In this document: in pieces, positions 1 through 13,401 of the stretch | How the letters are laid out: each line of letters begins with the position of its first letter | Position numbering within the stretch: position 1 is the first letter of the stretch | Assembly: GCA_043228905.1 (NCBI GenBank) | Contig: JBHGNT010000007.1 | Coordinates: forward strand, 5,208,001-5,272,000 | Reading direction: 5' to 3' | From: Azolla caroliniana | Lineage: Eukaryota > Plantae > Polypodiophyta | DNA: 64,000 nucleotides | Notes under the pieces: generated by a model | Database searches by the model: none | What the model saw: the letters and a program-made list of their open reading frames with translations, nothing else | Told to the model about the DNA's origin: nothing | Position numbers and translations under genes: made by a program

Positions 1-59
1 TCTACGTGAAAAAAAAAAAACAAATAATGTTGGTTTCCACAATTCAACTCCCTCAAAGA

Positions 60-700
60 TGAAAGCCCATTATTTCTCCTTTGAGAAGAAGACTAATACT
101 TTGTCTCCATGATACAATGATTGTTGTGTGTTACAGATGTGGATCCTCATTACATGTGGATATGAATCAAGGAAAGGCATCTTAGACCCATGTATAGCAA
201 TTTGCTACTTTCCACCTACCTACTCAAGAATTCACCATATCTACTATTATACAATGACATCATAAGATTTTCTAGTATAGGGCATACAATGCTATCAGAA
301 GACTTCGATGCAAGAATAAATGATGAACAAAGAACCATGTTTGACACAAGCAAGGGCATGTATGGAGAAGTTACGGCTGAGATTGAATAAGCATCTTCTG
401 TTTGCTTTCTTGATCAAAAATAATTCAGACACATTACCCCACCCAAATAGAATCCTTAATTGTTTTGGAAGATAAATTTGATTCCACAAAAAACATAGTC
501 TCTTGTTATAAATTCTACAAGAAGATGGGGAAAGTCTCAATTGACGCTAAAGGTATTGCAATATTGGGACTTACCCATCACATCATTATATCCACAAGGT
601 TATAAAAGAATTTCCTATTATATCCCAACACTCTTGCTTACAATAGAATGGTCGACCTCCTCTACAAGAATATAACTTACCAAAATTGCCAAAAATATAG
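60..700 (+). mobile_element. Degenerate LINE endonuclease (APE) fragment
   Basis: ORF 190..390 reads ...DIIRFSSIGHTMLSEDFDARI, resembling the APE motif IILGDFNARI of non-LTR retrotransposons. It is heavily decayed and the boundaries are approximate. Confidence 0.4.
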
Positions 701-834
701 TGCCATTGTTGGCTAAGCTTCTAAAATCTTTTTATTAGTGTCTAAAAATGGGTATATAGCGAAACCTGTACACTCCATTGAAAATAACCCGAGGGAAACT
801 AATAATATAAAAATGATAAGTGCACAAAATACTT

Positions 835-3800
835 TTAGCTCATGACAGTTGAGTCTACTTTTCGACGCTTTGTTTCAGTCTCTCTTCCAACATGAGGATC
901 ATGTTCAATATCAGCATTTGCTTCATTCTCAACATCACTTTCCATCATCTTCTCAGTCTCCTTTTCACACTCCATGGAAGTATTATCACCATCTACTACT
1001 TTAGGTGAGTGAGTACCATTCAGTTTCATATCACCATGTGAAGGTGTGTGTTTGCTTGTGATGCGTCGGCCAGCTCTTGGCTTAGGTCCCCAGCATTCTT
1101 CTGGATTGGGAAGAAATCTTGCAACACCTTTTTCCCGTGCCTTGCTTAAGGCACAATTCACTTTCGAGAAATTTGCCTGAAAATAAATCTCTCTCTCTCT
1201 CTCAAGAAGCTATCATGTACTGAAAACAATATTCTTATAGTCACTTTTTATCTTATTTACTTCTTTTGCTTTTATTTAAGTAACATTTATTTTGATTTGT
1301 TCTCAAAGAGAACAATACTTGAAATGCAATATCTCACTCACTTCTCTCTCAATTATCTTTCCCCAGTGGGCCCTTGTCAAACTACTAGCACTATGTCTCG
1401 GGTTCGAAACCCCACTATCTCATCTCTCTACTACATACATATTCTCTTAATTTACTAGATGCCACTGTGGAATGTACAGCTTGAACCCATGGCATCATCT
1501 CTCTCTCTCTCCCTCCCTCACCCAGTATGACTTGTCAGACAGGCATGATAATGTCCACCAAGAAAGGTGAGCACATGTGTCATGCATTATTTTCACATCA
1601 AAAGTCTTTACTAGAGTATAAGCCCCCTTTTTAGCAAGGAGCACATGAACGACAATATGTTGATTTGGTTCCATAGGTCAAATTTGGCCTCACCATGGAA
1701 GTTAAAACATCTATTCTCTCTTTCTATAGTAGTAAGCCAGGTTTTTAATAACCCATACACCCAGGGCAAAATCTCACAATATATGCGCTACTTTCTGCAA
1801 TGCCACCACAAAATGTAGAGCTTGAATGCATGACCTTCTAGTCTCCAGTGTAGAACCATAATGAATGAGTGAGAACCATCTAAGGCTCCTTCATGCTGTC
1901 CATTTTAACACAAAAGAAAGCATAACATAGATGGGGAGAATCTCTGAGATGTGGATTATGTTACATAATAATGCATGCAAACATTTCAACCACCCCATAG
2001 ATTGAAATGGAAAGAAAAGAAGAAAAAAGGAAAAATGAAGTCACCAATTCAATATGAAAGCAAAAACAATTTTCTTATATTGTTTTTTCTTAAGGGTGGC
2101 CGATCATATTTTGCACCCAGTTCAAGTCTCACTATGCACTACTTTACTAGATGCCCGTGTGGAATGTAGGGGATTGCAGACATAACCTTCTTGTCTCCAT
2201 AGCCATACCAACTGAGCTACTAAAAGTGACCGGACTCTCTCTCGCACCTCCTCCCTTTCCTCACCCTTATCAGGCAAAAAGAAAGCACGACATATAAATG
2301 GGAAGAATCTTTGATACATGCTGACCATCGGAATAAAAGCAAGAATTCCAACTTCTCCGTGAATTAGGATGGAGCAAAAGGAAAAAAGATAGGTTTCAAG
2401 CCACAAGATGCTGTCCACACTATGTTAATTGAGCTTGAAATATGACCCATTAGTTTAAAAAAAGTACAAAAGAAAGCATCAGGAATAATTCGTAAAAACA
2501 TGCAGACATGAGGGAATAGCTCTGAAACACCCATGTTCTCTTTATTTCCCCAGATTTTCTTGGTCAGCCCCCACGAGCAATTATATGTTTTATTTGGGCA
2601 GTCAATTTGTCAATTGCGTGCTATTTAAGCAGTTATATGGCCAATTCATCCAATTTTCCTTTCCTTTGTAGGGTCAAACAATGTGAGGATCATGTTGAAT
2701 GTTAAAGAAAAAGTAATGATGGTAGCAAAATGCAAGATCAATGCACTATTCAAGTACAAGGCAAAGTAGATAAAATATTAGAATGGAGTACAAAGATCCA
2801 AAGTTGTTTCACTCTAGCAATATGTAAACTCCAATAAGTGATCTTGAAACAAGGTACTAGAAATAAGGGATAATTTAGTATAATTAGTGTAAACATTCTC
2901 AAATAAGACCACACAATGGAAACTTCAAAGACAATGACAGAAATTTACATTATCAACCAGTAGGAGTCAGCAATGGCTCGGCTCAAGCCTGAACTGAGCC
3001 TTTAAACCATTTTTAAATCGTTTGGCAGTTTGGCAGCTCAATTCAGGCTTGAGCTTCCTTAACGGTTTGAGCTTGGTTTGGCAAGGCTCAAGACGAACCG
3101 AACCAGTTTGGGTCAAATCGGTTAAGGCTTAATTGGTTTGGACAAAGCAGTTAAGCCAAAACTGAACCATAGCCAATTCCTATCAAACCAGGATAAGACA
3201 TTGGAAAAACATATAAAAAAAAGAGACAAACCTTAAGAATTGGTTCTTTGCTAAGAATTATACTTGCAGCCATGTCTGCAGGCTGCGCCTTCACAGGATG
3301 ATCCTTCACCTGAAACATAAATGCAGATAAACTTATTTCAGCATACAAATTTGTATAGCACAATTTATAGATTTTTCTATATTTGGCCCAATAACCTAAA
3401 AGTTTTTGTTATTTCCCAAAACGTCCTTGGTCAAGTCATCTCTTGAGCAATTATATGGTCAACTTAGCTCCTTTTTCTCGATCATATATGCTAATTGATC
3501 AACGATATGGTCAATCCATCATTCCCTTTCTCTGTCTTTCAGGGACTGACCAGGAGCATAAATGGAAATAAACAGAGACTCAGGAGTATTTCACAATTTT
3601 TCCCTAATTTATAGCTAGCAACACATTCATATATTATGAAAACATACCCAGCATCGCATTATATCCCACACAACATCCATTGGAGCATCCGTTTTAAGAC
3701 CCAATCGAGATGCATGAGATCCAGATATTCTATATCCAGCATTTACAACTGCATAGCGAAAAAGACTTGCAGAAGGAGATGTGCATTTCAAAGTTGAACA

Positions 3801-6800
3801 CAGTGAATGCAAACTCAAATATAGAGGTACATCCAGCAATTCCTGCCACCAATTAGATGCACAAGTTACATGATGTATCACCAATTAGATGCGCAAAGTG
3901 AGAATCAAATTAATTTCTTTAACTATTAACAATTATTTGTGAGTTGTGCGTTACTGTATCCAAGCCACAGGAGTGAAGATATAGGTAGGGGATAATCATA
4001 AGAAATGAATTCTTATTGAGGATCATACAGTACATGGCAGTTATAACCACCAAAATAGAGAATGCCCAAGTTGGAAACGCTAATATATCCCAGTAGTAGT
4101 TCAGAGTTCGCCGGAATAATGAGACAGTTCAATAAGCGATGTCTAAAGAAATTTATGTTAGGTGGTATATAGATATTAAGATTTTCGGATATGCATGAGA
4201 TGTTCCCAGATTTTATGGCGCCACAGGACAAACCTTTAATTCAGTTTCTAAGATTATTGAGTAAAGACAGAAATGTTAATCTAGGACGGTTGGTTAATAT
4301 CATTAATGCAGTGCACATTTTGAGTCACATTTATGCATAGTATGGCCAATAAAGAGCTGGATAACATTTATATACCTCAGAAATAGCTGTCAGGAACCCT
4401 TGTACTTTCTCAAACGCAGGGTACCTTTTCTCAGCTGACTTAAATTGTTGCAAAACCAAAGATATCCATTCTGAATCATGGATTGGTTCGGACCATATTG
4501 GACCACCCATATTGAAGCGCTTTCCGCAATGCTCGCATTCAGGAAGAATCACTGGACCACCTCCAGGTAAGTAACGAACAACATCATTCTACAATCAATA
4601 ACAAGGAATCACTCTCAGATCTTCCAACTCTCCCTAAAATGCAGCCATTCTAGAGATCCATACCTTCTGGATGATACGCCCAACAGGTTGGAGATGAAAT
4701 GCATCACAACCAACACATTGATACAGGTAGGACAACTTGCTAGGAGTTTGTTTGACAGCCTTCGCTGATCTGTTCAAAAAAATGTAGCTCAGCAAATAAA
4801 CGATCAGATATCATCTTTCTCCTGTCTTTTAAAAAAATATTTCAAGCACGCATGTCATAGACTGTTTTCTGAATCTTTTCAGAAATCACGAAAAGAAGTA
4901 TAGAAACGTACGTGTAGATGCGCACAAACACCCTAACATAAAAATCCACAGAAACTGAGAGCACCGGTACTATATGCCTCTTGTAACGATTTGCATGACT
5001 CTACATCAAATAAACAAATAGAATCAGTAGATATTGCAAGATAAGGTACAGGATTGTTGAAATTACTAAACTTTGACAGAACTCAAATATATAACAGAAG
5101 ATTGCAAGCTATAACAAAACTATACATTGGAAAAATCTACAGCCCAGTCCTCATGATAAAACATTCAGAGTGTGGACAAAAATGCATAATGTAGTAAAGG
5201 TCACAAGCAGATATCACAACCGATAACCCTCATAGAAGGACAAAATTACCTATATAAACTACATAAAGCATTGACAGAACATGAAATAAGCTTGTATTCC
5301 GATGGTATTAGAGTGTGTATAAGCAAACTACAGCAGTAGTGTAGAAACATCTTGAAGTTTGGCTCAAGTTTGTATATGCTTACATTCACATTACATCACG
5401 TTGAAAACCCCATACAAGAGGGCATTAGAAAGTATGAACAAACATCTTGAATTTTGTTTGGCCCAAGATTATATACGCTTACATTCACATTACATCACAT
5501 TGGAAACCCCATACAAGAGAAATATATGCGATAAATAAAGTGTTCTAACATACAAACATGCATTCAAAGTTAAATTAGAATATAAAATACACTTGTATTG
5601 CAATGTTGTATTACAGAGTGTATGAGAAAATCTAGAGCAGTAGTGTATAAACATCTTGAATTTTGATTCAAGATTATATATGCTTACATTCACATTATAT
5701 CACGTTGGAAACCCCACACAAGAGAAATATATATGATAAATAATGTGTTAGAACATTGAAACATGCATGCAAAATTGTACTAGAAAGTAGGAACACAGCT
5801 AACCAATAAAGAGTTAAAAAGTACTGTCTGTAAACCTTGAACCATCATTCATGGTCATGCAAGACAATTTTACATTTAACTTATATGCCAGAAACCCAGT
5901 TCAAGAGAAATGGGTTGAATGAATTGTTCATTGAAAGAAAATAAAATAAACATTCATTGCAATATTGTATTGAAGTGTCTATGAAACCAATAAAGAGAAA
6001 TAAAGTCTTGTAAATACTTCAATCGAAGCGAGCAATATTCGAAGCGCCATCTCATGGCAATACTTGCCACGTACTGGGTAAGCTCCATACCTGTTTTCAC
6101 TCTAAAATTAAATAAAGAAAGCTTAAAATAAGACTAATAGTTTACAAAAATATGTAGAGATATACTTGCTATAGCAAACTTCTCCATTGTTTCCACACAG
6201 GACAGCCATATCAGTAGCAGTACATAAAATAAGACCACCATCAACAACAGTTTGTACTGCTGAATCAAGAAAAATAGACGGAGAACCATAAGGGTCAATA
6301 TCCACCTGAAAAATAAAAGAGAAACCAGAGATTTAGCATTAAAAAAAAAATTAGAAACTAGAATCCAGAGGGCATCAACTTTTGGGTTCTCGGATTTATG
6401 ATAAATACCCAACCAAGTAAACCTTTAACCTTAATTCTCTTTTGATTCTTAACAATATACCCCAAATTGCATATGTTTTTCAACATAAAAAATATTAATA
6501 CAGAAATAATCAAGAGTTTGGTGCTATAATTTGGATAACAAAAAGATATCAAACATTTGGCACATACTGCATCAAACTGTTTTTCATGAGTCATCATATA
6601 GATCCTTGCATCAGAATGTACAGCTTGCACTTTTGCATCAGCGGCAGATCCATTTAACTTTATATTACGCTTGCATGCCTGAACGGCAACTATAAGCATA
6701 GATCATAGAACGAAATTCAGGATATCAATGGAAAATATTGCAGAGTAGTACTTAAAACTTCAAAATACCCCTGTTTTCTTCTTTAGTATCCAAATGCCCC

Positions 6801-9707
6801 TATGTTTTCTGTATTTCCCCAGCTTCCCTTTTCCGACCCCAAGAGAGCAATATTATGTGCTATTTGAGAGATTATATGGACAATTCATCCCCTTTGTCAA
6901 TTATATGTACTATTTGAGTAATTATATGGTCAATCCATCCCTTATACTTTATTTCAGGGCAGCCCAAGGGTGAGTGGGGAATTAATGAGAACTCTGGGGC
7001 ATTTAAGAAATAAACACTCAAGAGAATTTCGAAACTTTCCCACACAAAGTATACACACCTTCATCGTTATCAAGAGCTATGACTGATCCAACACCTTCAA
7101 TTTCTTTTGCATAACGAAGTGCTCTCAATCCTGAGGCTGCTAATGCCTACATAATAATAAATTTTAACGACTAATTAGAAATATTGCAAGACTCATGCAT
7201 GTAGTATACATATTTAATATGCATGCCTCAAGTATACGCATAGGTTTGATCTGCATTGGTTTGATGATCTCCGCTGTTGCACCATTTTCAGAGTTTTTTT
7301 CTTTTTCTTGGTCACATTCATTGGTCAGAACATCTTCAACGGGCGATTGCACATCATCAGCTTTAGGTTTTTGTTTGTCCTCCATCTTCTTTTTTCTCTC
7401 ATTTGTAAACTCCTCTTGACGTTTTTTTTGGAAAGCTCTCAACACCGCTATAGATAAATCTCTATTAACAATCTGCACATCAAATCATTTACCATTTCAA
7501 AATATGTGAAATTCGGATCACCCGGTCATTTGTAGATCTTGACCGTTTCAGAGAAAATCAATCATAACATGCAAATACATGTCCATTGCAGCACAAACCA
7601 TCAGATGGAAATGAACTTGATCTTACACATGTCTTATGAATGGCTCTCTCTAATGACCACTGGTCAGCTTGATTTTAGATCTTTTTAACAGTCTCCAATA
7701 TATGAATATATGCTATTGAAGAAAAGATTAGAAACAAAGGAAAATCATGTATAAAATAACTTGGACTCTTCATGAGAATCAAGAACTTCATAATCTCTGA
7801 CAAACATTTAGAAATCATTGACAATGCACCTAGCATTCTCAAATTATCAGTTTGAACCAGCCAACAACTACCACAATGAGGATGGGAGAATCATTCCTGT
7901 TTTTTGGCTTGCCCAAGGGGCAGTGCATTAGTTGGCGCAGCATTTTTTCTAAATGAAATTCTTCTTGTCAAATATCAATGTATCTTTTCCATCTATTAAT
8001 CATTCTAACCTTTCTCTGTCCTCTACAATTTAAACATTTCTATCATAATTTGATTTTTTCCTCTTCCATGTAAGAACTTCTATTTATTAATGCAATGATA
8101 GTTTTTTCATTTGCTTGATTTGTGCTTTGATCAGACAAGCTCTCTACGGGTGAGACTTTTAGAGCAAGCATGAGCATTCCAGTACAAATCACAGTCTAGA
8201 AGAGAGCATGATGTCTTTGATCCACAACAAAAAAAGGCTGTCACAGGCCTCAAAATCAGCATGTGGTTCATCCAATTTGCATTGTGTTCTGATGTGTGTG
8301 GAAGTGCTTGCATCCAATCATAAAGTTATGCCTCATAAGGTCACTTTTGGTTAGAAATTTCAATTGGTAAATAAAAGTTATAAGTGAGTGGAAAGGTGTC
8401 CCTTATAATATTACTTTAGTTTAGGCTCTACAAAATAAGGCCAACAGACCTTAGCATCGGCATGTGGTCAGTCCCAGTTAGCTATGCATTCCTACATGTG
8501 TGGAGAAAGATGAGCCTTACAAAATCAATTTACGTTAGTCTACAACAAATCTACAATTGAGGGGATAAATGAGTGGGCTAAGATATATTTTTGACAAAGT
8601 AGCACTTAGCAGCATGAGCAAGCACTTGACTTACTCAAACAAACCCCTTTTGACGTAGAAGTCAAAATTCAGCTTTAGCGCTAATGGTAGGACATTTTAG
8701 CAATTTGGAAATTACAAGTCTATTATTGACAGAGGAAAGGAAATCAGGAGATCAGCACACAGGTTTTCGTTGTCAAAAAAAGCTTAAATCGTTGGCTATA
8801 TTTGGAGGAATGGAACCATAAATGAAGACTTAATTGGCAGATTCTTGTGGATACATAATCTATACAATTAGATGCACAGAAAGTGAAACGAAATACTGAC
8901 AAAGAAGATGGATTCTACCCAACCCATGGGAAGGAGAAAGAGGCTTATGCTTCAAAGAAATGGCAGAAGTAAGGAAAGCAGTAAGTATTTACCTGCATTT
9001 GTTGCAGAACACATTCACAGACTATAGAATTTATGTACGAAAAAAGGATTCCGAGAAAATTATGATTTCTTCCCCAAATCAGATCGAAAAAATGAAGAAA
9101 TTGACAAAAGAATTCTTTCTACTGCACCAAGAAAGCGAAAGAAACTTCAATAAACAGAAATGAAGCAAGTCAGATATAAATCAATATATATCTACATGTA
9201 GGTTTGGTGTTGATGCAGAGGGAAGAAATGCAGAATAACGTACATATATGCAGAGAGATAAGCAAAACTACACAATGATCTAAATACTCACCAAGGAAAA
9301 TGAAGTCGAAAATAATTGAGCATACTAAACTCAAGACCAAAAGAGAAATTCATACAAAGGATTAAAAGGATCGATTTTATATAGCACAATGAAACTCAAA
9401 ATTTTCCTTCGAAGAAGAATCGAGAAGATGGACCTAAAGAGAAGAGTAAAGAATCGAGAACCGGCATGAATGAAGAAAAAGGGAAGAAGAACAAGAAGAA
9501 TTGAGGAGGCCAATCATGAAAGAGCAGAAGGAATTCAGGAAACGTATACATACAAAAAAAAAAAAAAAGAGTACGAGGAACAAGGAAATGTGTGTGTAGT
9601 AAGGTAAGAGGTAGGGCATTTACCTGAGCTTTGTTGTAGAAGACATCATTCCCGCGCATCAGGATCTCGGCATCACCTTCTCTGAGGATGCTGTAGCCTT
9701 CCTCCAT
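835..9707 (-). CDS. TRM1: tRNA (guanine(26)-N2)-dimethyltransferase, ~591 aa, 12 exons
   Basis: Exons 9707-9624, 7472-7227, 7146-7059, 6689-6568, 6305-6166, 6090-6018, 5000-4912, 4769-4664, 4588-4376, 3842-3648, 3309-3232 and 1176-835 splice in frame (1776 nt). Motifs: [80 protein letters not shown]. Confidence 0.95.
1355..1500. mobile_element. SINE-like element with two convergent tRNA-like heads, copy 1
   Basis: B-box GGTTCGAAAC at 1401-1410 on plus, the shared core TACTAGATGCCACTGTGGAATGTA, an antisense TTGAACCCATG head, then a (CT)n tract. Confidence 0.55.
1785..1870. mobile_element. Partial copy of the same SINE-like family
   Basis: ATGCCACCACAAAATGTAGAGCTTGAATGCATGACC...GTCTCCA matches the right half of the 17750-17930 copy. 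Confidence 0.4.
2090..2225. mobile_element. SINE-like element with convergent tRNA-like heads, copy 2
   Basis: Core TACTAGATGCCCGTGTGGAATGTAGGGG. Minus-strand A-box TAGCTCAGTTGG at 2219-2208. Confidence 0.55.
2512..2700. mobile_element. Mutator-like MITE family member (partial)
   Basis: Starts GGGAATAGCTCTGAAACACCC. Shares TTATTTCCCC and GAGCAATTATATG...CAATTCATCC with the copies at ~3375, ~6745 and 13062. Confidence 0.45.
2961..3182. mobile_element. hAT-like MITE
   Basis: Termini TAGGA...TCCTA and many internal GGTTT/AACCG subrepeats. Flanked by TCAACCAG (2953-2960) and TCAAACCAG (3183-3191), an 8-bp TSD with one extra A. Confidence 0.55.
3375..3604. mobile_element. Mutator-like MITE family member
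   Basis: Ends GGAGTATTTCACAATTTTTCCC, with internal similarity to the 2512 and 6745 copies. Confidence 0.45.
5310..5790. repeat. Three imperfect ~85-bp direct repeats in a TRM1 intron
   Basis: AAACATCTTGAA...GCTTACATTCACATTA.ATCAC.TTG.AAACCCCA.ACAAGAG recurs near 5345, 5440 and 5648. Confidence 0.8.
6745..7040. mobile_element. Mutator-like MITE family member
   Basis: Imperfect inverted ends (AAATGCCCC / GGGGCATTT, ending TTTCGAAACTTTCCC) and the same internal motifs as the other copies. Confidence 0.45.
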
Positions 9708-9717
9708 ATCTCTCTCT

Positions 9718-9760
<43 letters not shown>

Positions 9761-9811
9761 GTGTATTTTTGAGCTACTCTTGTGTGTGTGGATGTGTCTG
9801 TGTTTGAGTTA

Positions 9812-9847
<36 letters not shown>

Positions 9848-9885
9848 GGGTTTTCTGCTCTCTCTCTCCCTCTAGGGTTTCCCTC

Positions 9886-9924
<39 letters not shown>

Positions 9925-9954
9925 GGGTTTCCCTCTATCTCTCTCTCTAGGGTT

Positions 9955-10004
<50 letters not shown>

Positions 10005-10400
10005 TTCATGCTCCCTCTCCTCTCTCTCTTCTCCAAACAATATTATGGCCTGTGTGTGTGTGTGTGTGTCTCTCTCTCTCTCTCTCGGCTCACGATGGCC
10101 CGGGCCGCGGACCATTTCAGGCCCGGGATAGGGGCCGAACCAAGAACCAAGACGAGTCATGGGATGGCCAAGGGTGCGCCATGGGCCAAGACGGACCATG
10201 GACAGAGAACTAGGACACGCGCAATGGGTCGGCACGAGGCCAAAACCAAGGACCAGGACGAGTCGTGGCCCGTGGTCCGAGACAAGGCCCAACCAAGCCA
10301 AGACAGATCGCGGGCCATGACCGGGGTCGGACCAAGATGAGTCGTGGGTCGAGACCAATACGAGTTGTGGGTCAAGATGGGCCGTAACAAGATGCGTGTG
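9708..10400 (-). promoter_or_regulatory. TRM1 5'UTR/promoter with GA repeats, four telo-boxes and site II-like motifs
   Basis: AAACCCTA on minus at 9846-9853, 9873-9880, 9923-9930 and 9948-9955, within (GA)n tracts. TGGGCC/GGCCCA at 10182, 10286 and 10378. Confidence 0.5.
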
Positions 10401-13061
10401 TGCACACGCCGCAAACAAATGCCCATTTAGGAGAAAGATTCGTACTTATCTTGTTTTTCCTTTTCCCACAATCTACACACACAATGCATGCATGCTACAC
10501 ACGATAACTCGCTTTGCTTTTGGCCTCATATCCCCATTATTTGCCCTCCACCATGGACACACCAAACAAAATCTCGCCTATCTATATATATCCTCCTCCT
10601 ATGTGCTCCACCGATAAATTTGGTCCACCCCCCATCTTCTAAACTAATTATATATCCTCCTTACTTAACGCTCCATGGAAATTACTCCTCACTTATAGAA
10701 TCTCTAAAAATACCTCTTTCTCTTGCATAGCAATGTATGAATCACAAAATGTACAGCTACGATGAACGAATATCACATGGACCAAACATAAATATTAAAA
10801 ACCAATAAATCCCCGTTTTTAGCATCAACGGTAAAAGGTTCCATATACAACAATAATGCCACAATCCCCAATGCTACAATCAAAGTGTGCTCACAGATTA
10901 TTTGGTGATATGTGTTGTTTGTTTTTACTTTGACAAGGGTTTTATCACTTGCTGGTATGTTCAAGCAACACACATTTCTTGCGACCAATAACATAGCTTG
11001 GTAATTTGTAGGAATGCATGACCTTGTCGTAGTTGTTGAAATAGTCACATTTCTTATTTTGAGATTCAACATGGAATCATGTACGTTGATCAAGCCCAAG
11101 TGTGCCGTATATAAAGAAACAAAGCTCGAAAAGACTAGGGTTCCTCCCATGAAAATAGAAAAAATGTTTCGACACTTTCAATTGCAAAGAGTTTATGTCT
11201 TCCCTTTTTTTATGGGGGGGTGCCACTTTATGGATTCCAAGATGCTCTACCACAAACCCATAGAATGGTGAATTATTGTTGACAGTAAACAGTAAAAAAC
11301 AAAGTCCTATCTCAATGATGGGCTTCGTTTGGACAACCTTGTTTGTCCTATGTTATGAAGTGGAAAATGTTGAGAACACCTTTCTTTGCTAACCATGATA
11401 TGGGAAACCAAACTCTCCCCCTTGGTGCACATACACACATTGACATGCATTCATCATTGTCCATTATAAGTCATTAACTTACTTGAAAGCTTCAAGAGGA
11501 TATACACATGTATGGTTGCTCTTCTATGGATAAAAAAGATATTTACAAATGCGGAAAGTTATTCCACAAATGTGCAATAGTACCAAACTGCTTACTACAA
11601 GCGGTATATTCTATGGAATGGGACATATGATTTTACATGTAAAAAACATCATGGGAATACTACAATAGACTATATGTTATTCTTAGAAGGTATTGCATCC
11701 ATAAATACTTGCTTGAACTATGGGTTTTAGAATACCATATTTTCTAAAATCCCCTTAATCTTGTATCACGTCTTACATATTTGCTTGGACAATGGATTCT
11801 AGAATACCATATTTTGTGAAATCTCCTCAATCATGATATTGTTTTCTAAATGCACATTCACCAATATCACTTGACAAAAATATACCATTTGTGATGAACA
11901 TTTCTATAACATTTGTGTGTAGAAATAGCTTCATATTCTACACAACTCTTTTTCATGTAGAGAACTTCGATAATACATGTGTATATCCTTTCATATCATC
12001 GAGATTTTTCATGATGGATTGTTGCGCATTTAGTTTCAACATTGTAGGTGCATTCATGTCATAAAAAACAATAATATTTCCCTTGTCTTTGGAGCACATA
12101 AAATCCTTAAACATGCATTCAAGATTGAGGAATGGTGATCTCTATCAATAGAAGCTTAAAAGTTGGAATCATGAAGAAGGAAAGTAGTTTCCAAATTGAA
12201 TGCGAGGAAAGACATTTGGTGGCATTACTTTCGGCCACAAGTAATCATACGCTTATTATATTCAAGTATAGAAACATAATTCCCAACTCCCAGTGAATTA
12301 AAAATGACATCTCCTCATTGTCTTGGATTTTTTGTCCATCTAAAAGACCATGTGTTGTATTCACCCAAACTTTGATTCCTTCGACTATAATCTATCATGC
12401 TCCCACATTTCCACAATTATAACATTATATTTATTAGTTCGCCCATATCTATGGCAATCCACATATTCCATGGATATACATTGCAATTCTAAAATCATAG
12501 ATATAGAAGTCATGAATAAATCCCACTTATCTTTCTTATATATATATATATATAGGAAAGCGCTATTTGTCCCCCCATTTTGGATATACATCAATTTAAG
12601 AAAGAAAATGTACTTGATTTGTAGAGAAGCACATAGAACATTTACTAGTTTTAACAGGCAAAACTTTTCGAAATGCAGTTTCTTTCACATATTTCTTTTA
12701 CCTAGTAAAAAATACACTACAATGAAAGAAGGTATAACAAAAAATGCCACATAAATAATTATGAGGTTTAACAAGCATCAAACTCAAATGCAGAAACATT
12801 ACATTCTTTTAAGTTGGTGCTCTTCAGCAAATTCTTGAGTTTTCAACAAATGATAATTATACATTATAAGAAGTGTTTTCTTTTTACCTTACAAGAAGTC
12901 TTAATTATGTCTTGTATTACATTGAAAACAAATGCTCTGCTCTCCATACCTACAAATTCAAGGTCTTCGCAATGCTCTCCAAGCTGGTCATTTCAAGGTC
13001 TGTGCATTATTATGGTAAAAAAAGAGAAATTCTTTGGTCAAATACTTATGCCAAGCGATAT

Positions 13062-13319
13062 GGGTATATGATCTGAATATATGCCAAGAGACATGAGTTC
13101 TTGCTTATTTCCCCAATGTCCCTGAGTTTTTGCTATAACAGAAATGCCCTCCGTCAACCTCCCACCTTGGGCATGAATTGAGCATAAAAATGTTTTCTCA
13201 GATAGCACATATACTTGCTCCTCCAGGGGTTGACCAAAGGCACTTCGGGAAATATAAAAAAGCTACGCACATTTTGCGGAAATAGAGAAAAAACTTGGGA
13301 GTATTTCAGAAATTTACCC
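13062..13319. mobile_element. Mutator-like MITE family member
   Basis: Imperfect TIRs GGGTATATGATCTGAATA... and ...GTATTTCAGAAATTTACCC. No clean TSD. Confidence 0.5.
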
Positions 13320-13401
13320 ATACACACGTATATGTATATTATATACAATCATATACACAAACACAAACAAAATGTACACCTACACAGATAGAAAGATTGA
13401 C

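Noticed and set aside
9774-10426. 214-aa and overlapping ORFs upstream of TRM1
   Set aside because: They run through GA/CA microsatellites (ERERER) and GC-rich low-complexity sequence, with no recognisable domain.
10430-13060. Short ORFs between TRM1 and MIS12, possibly a decayed DNA transposon
   Set aside because: No motif, terminal repeat or splice-consistent gene model could be supported.
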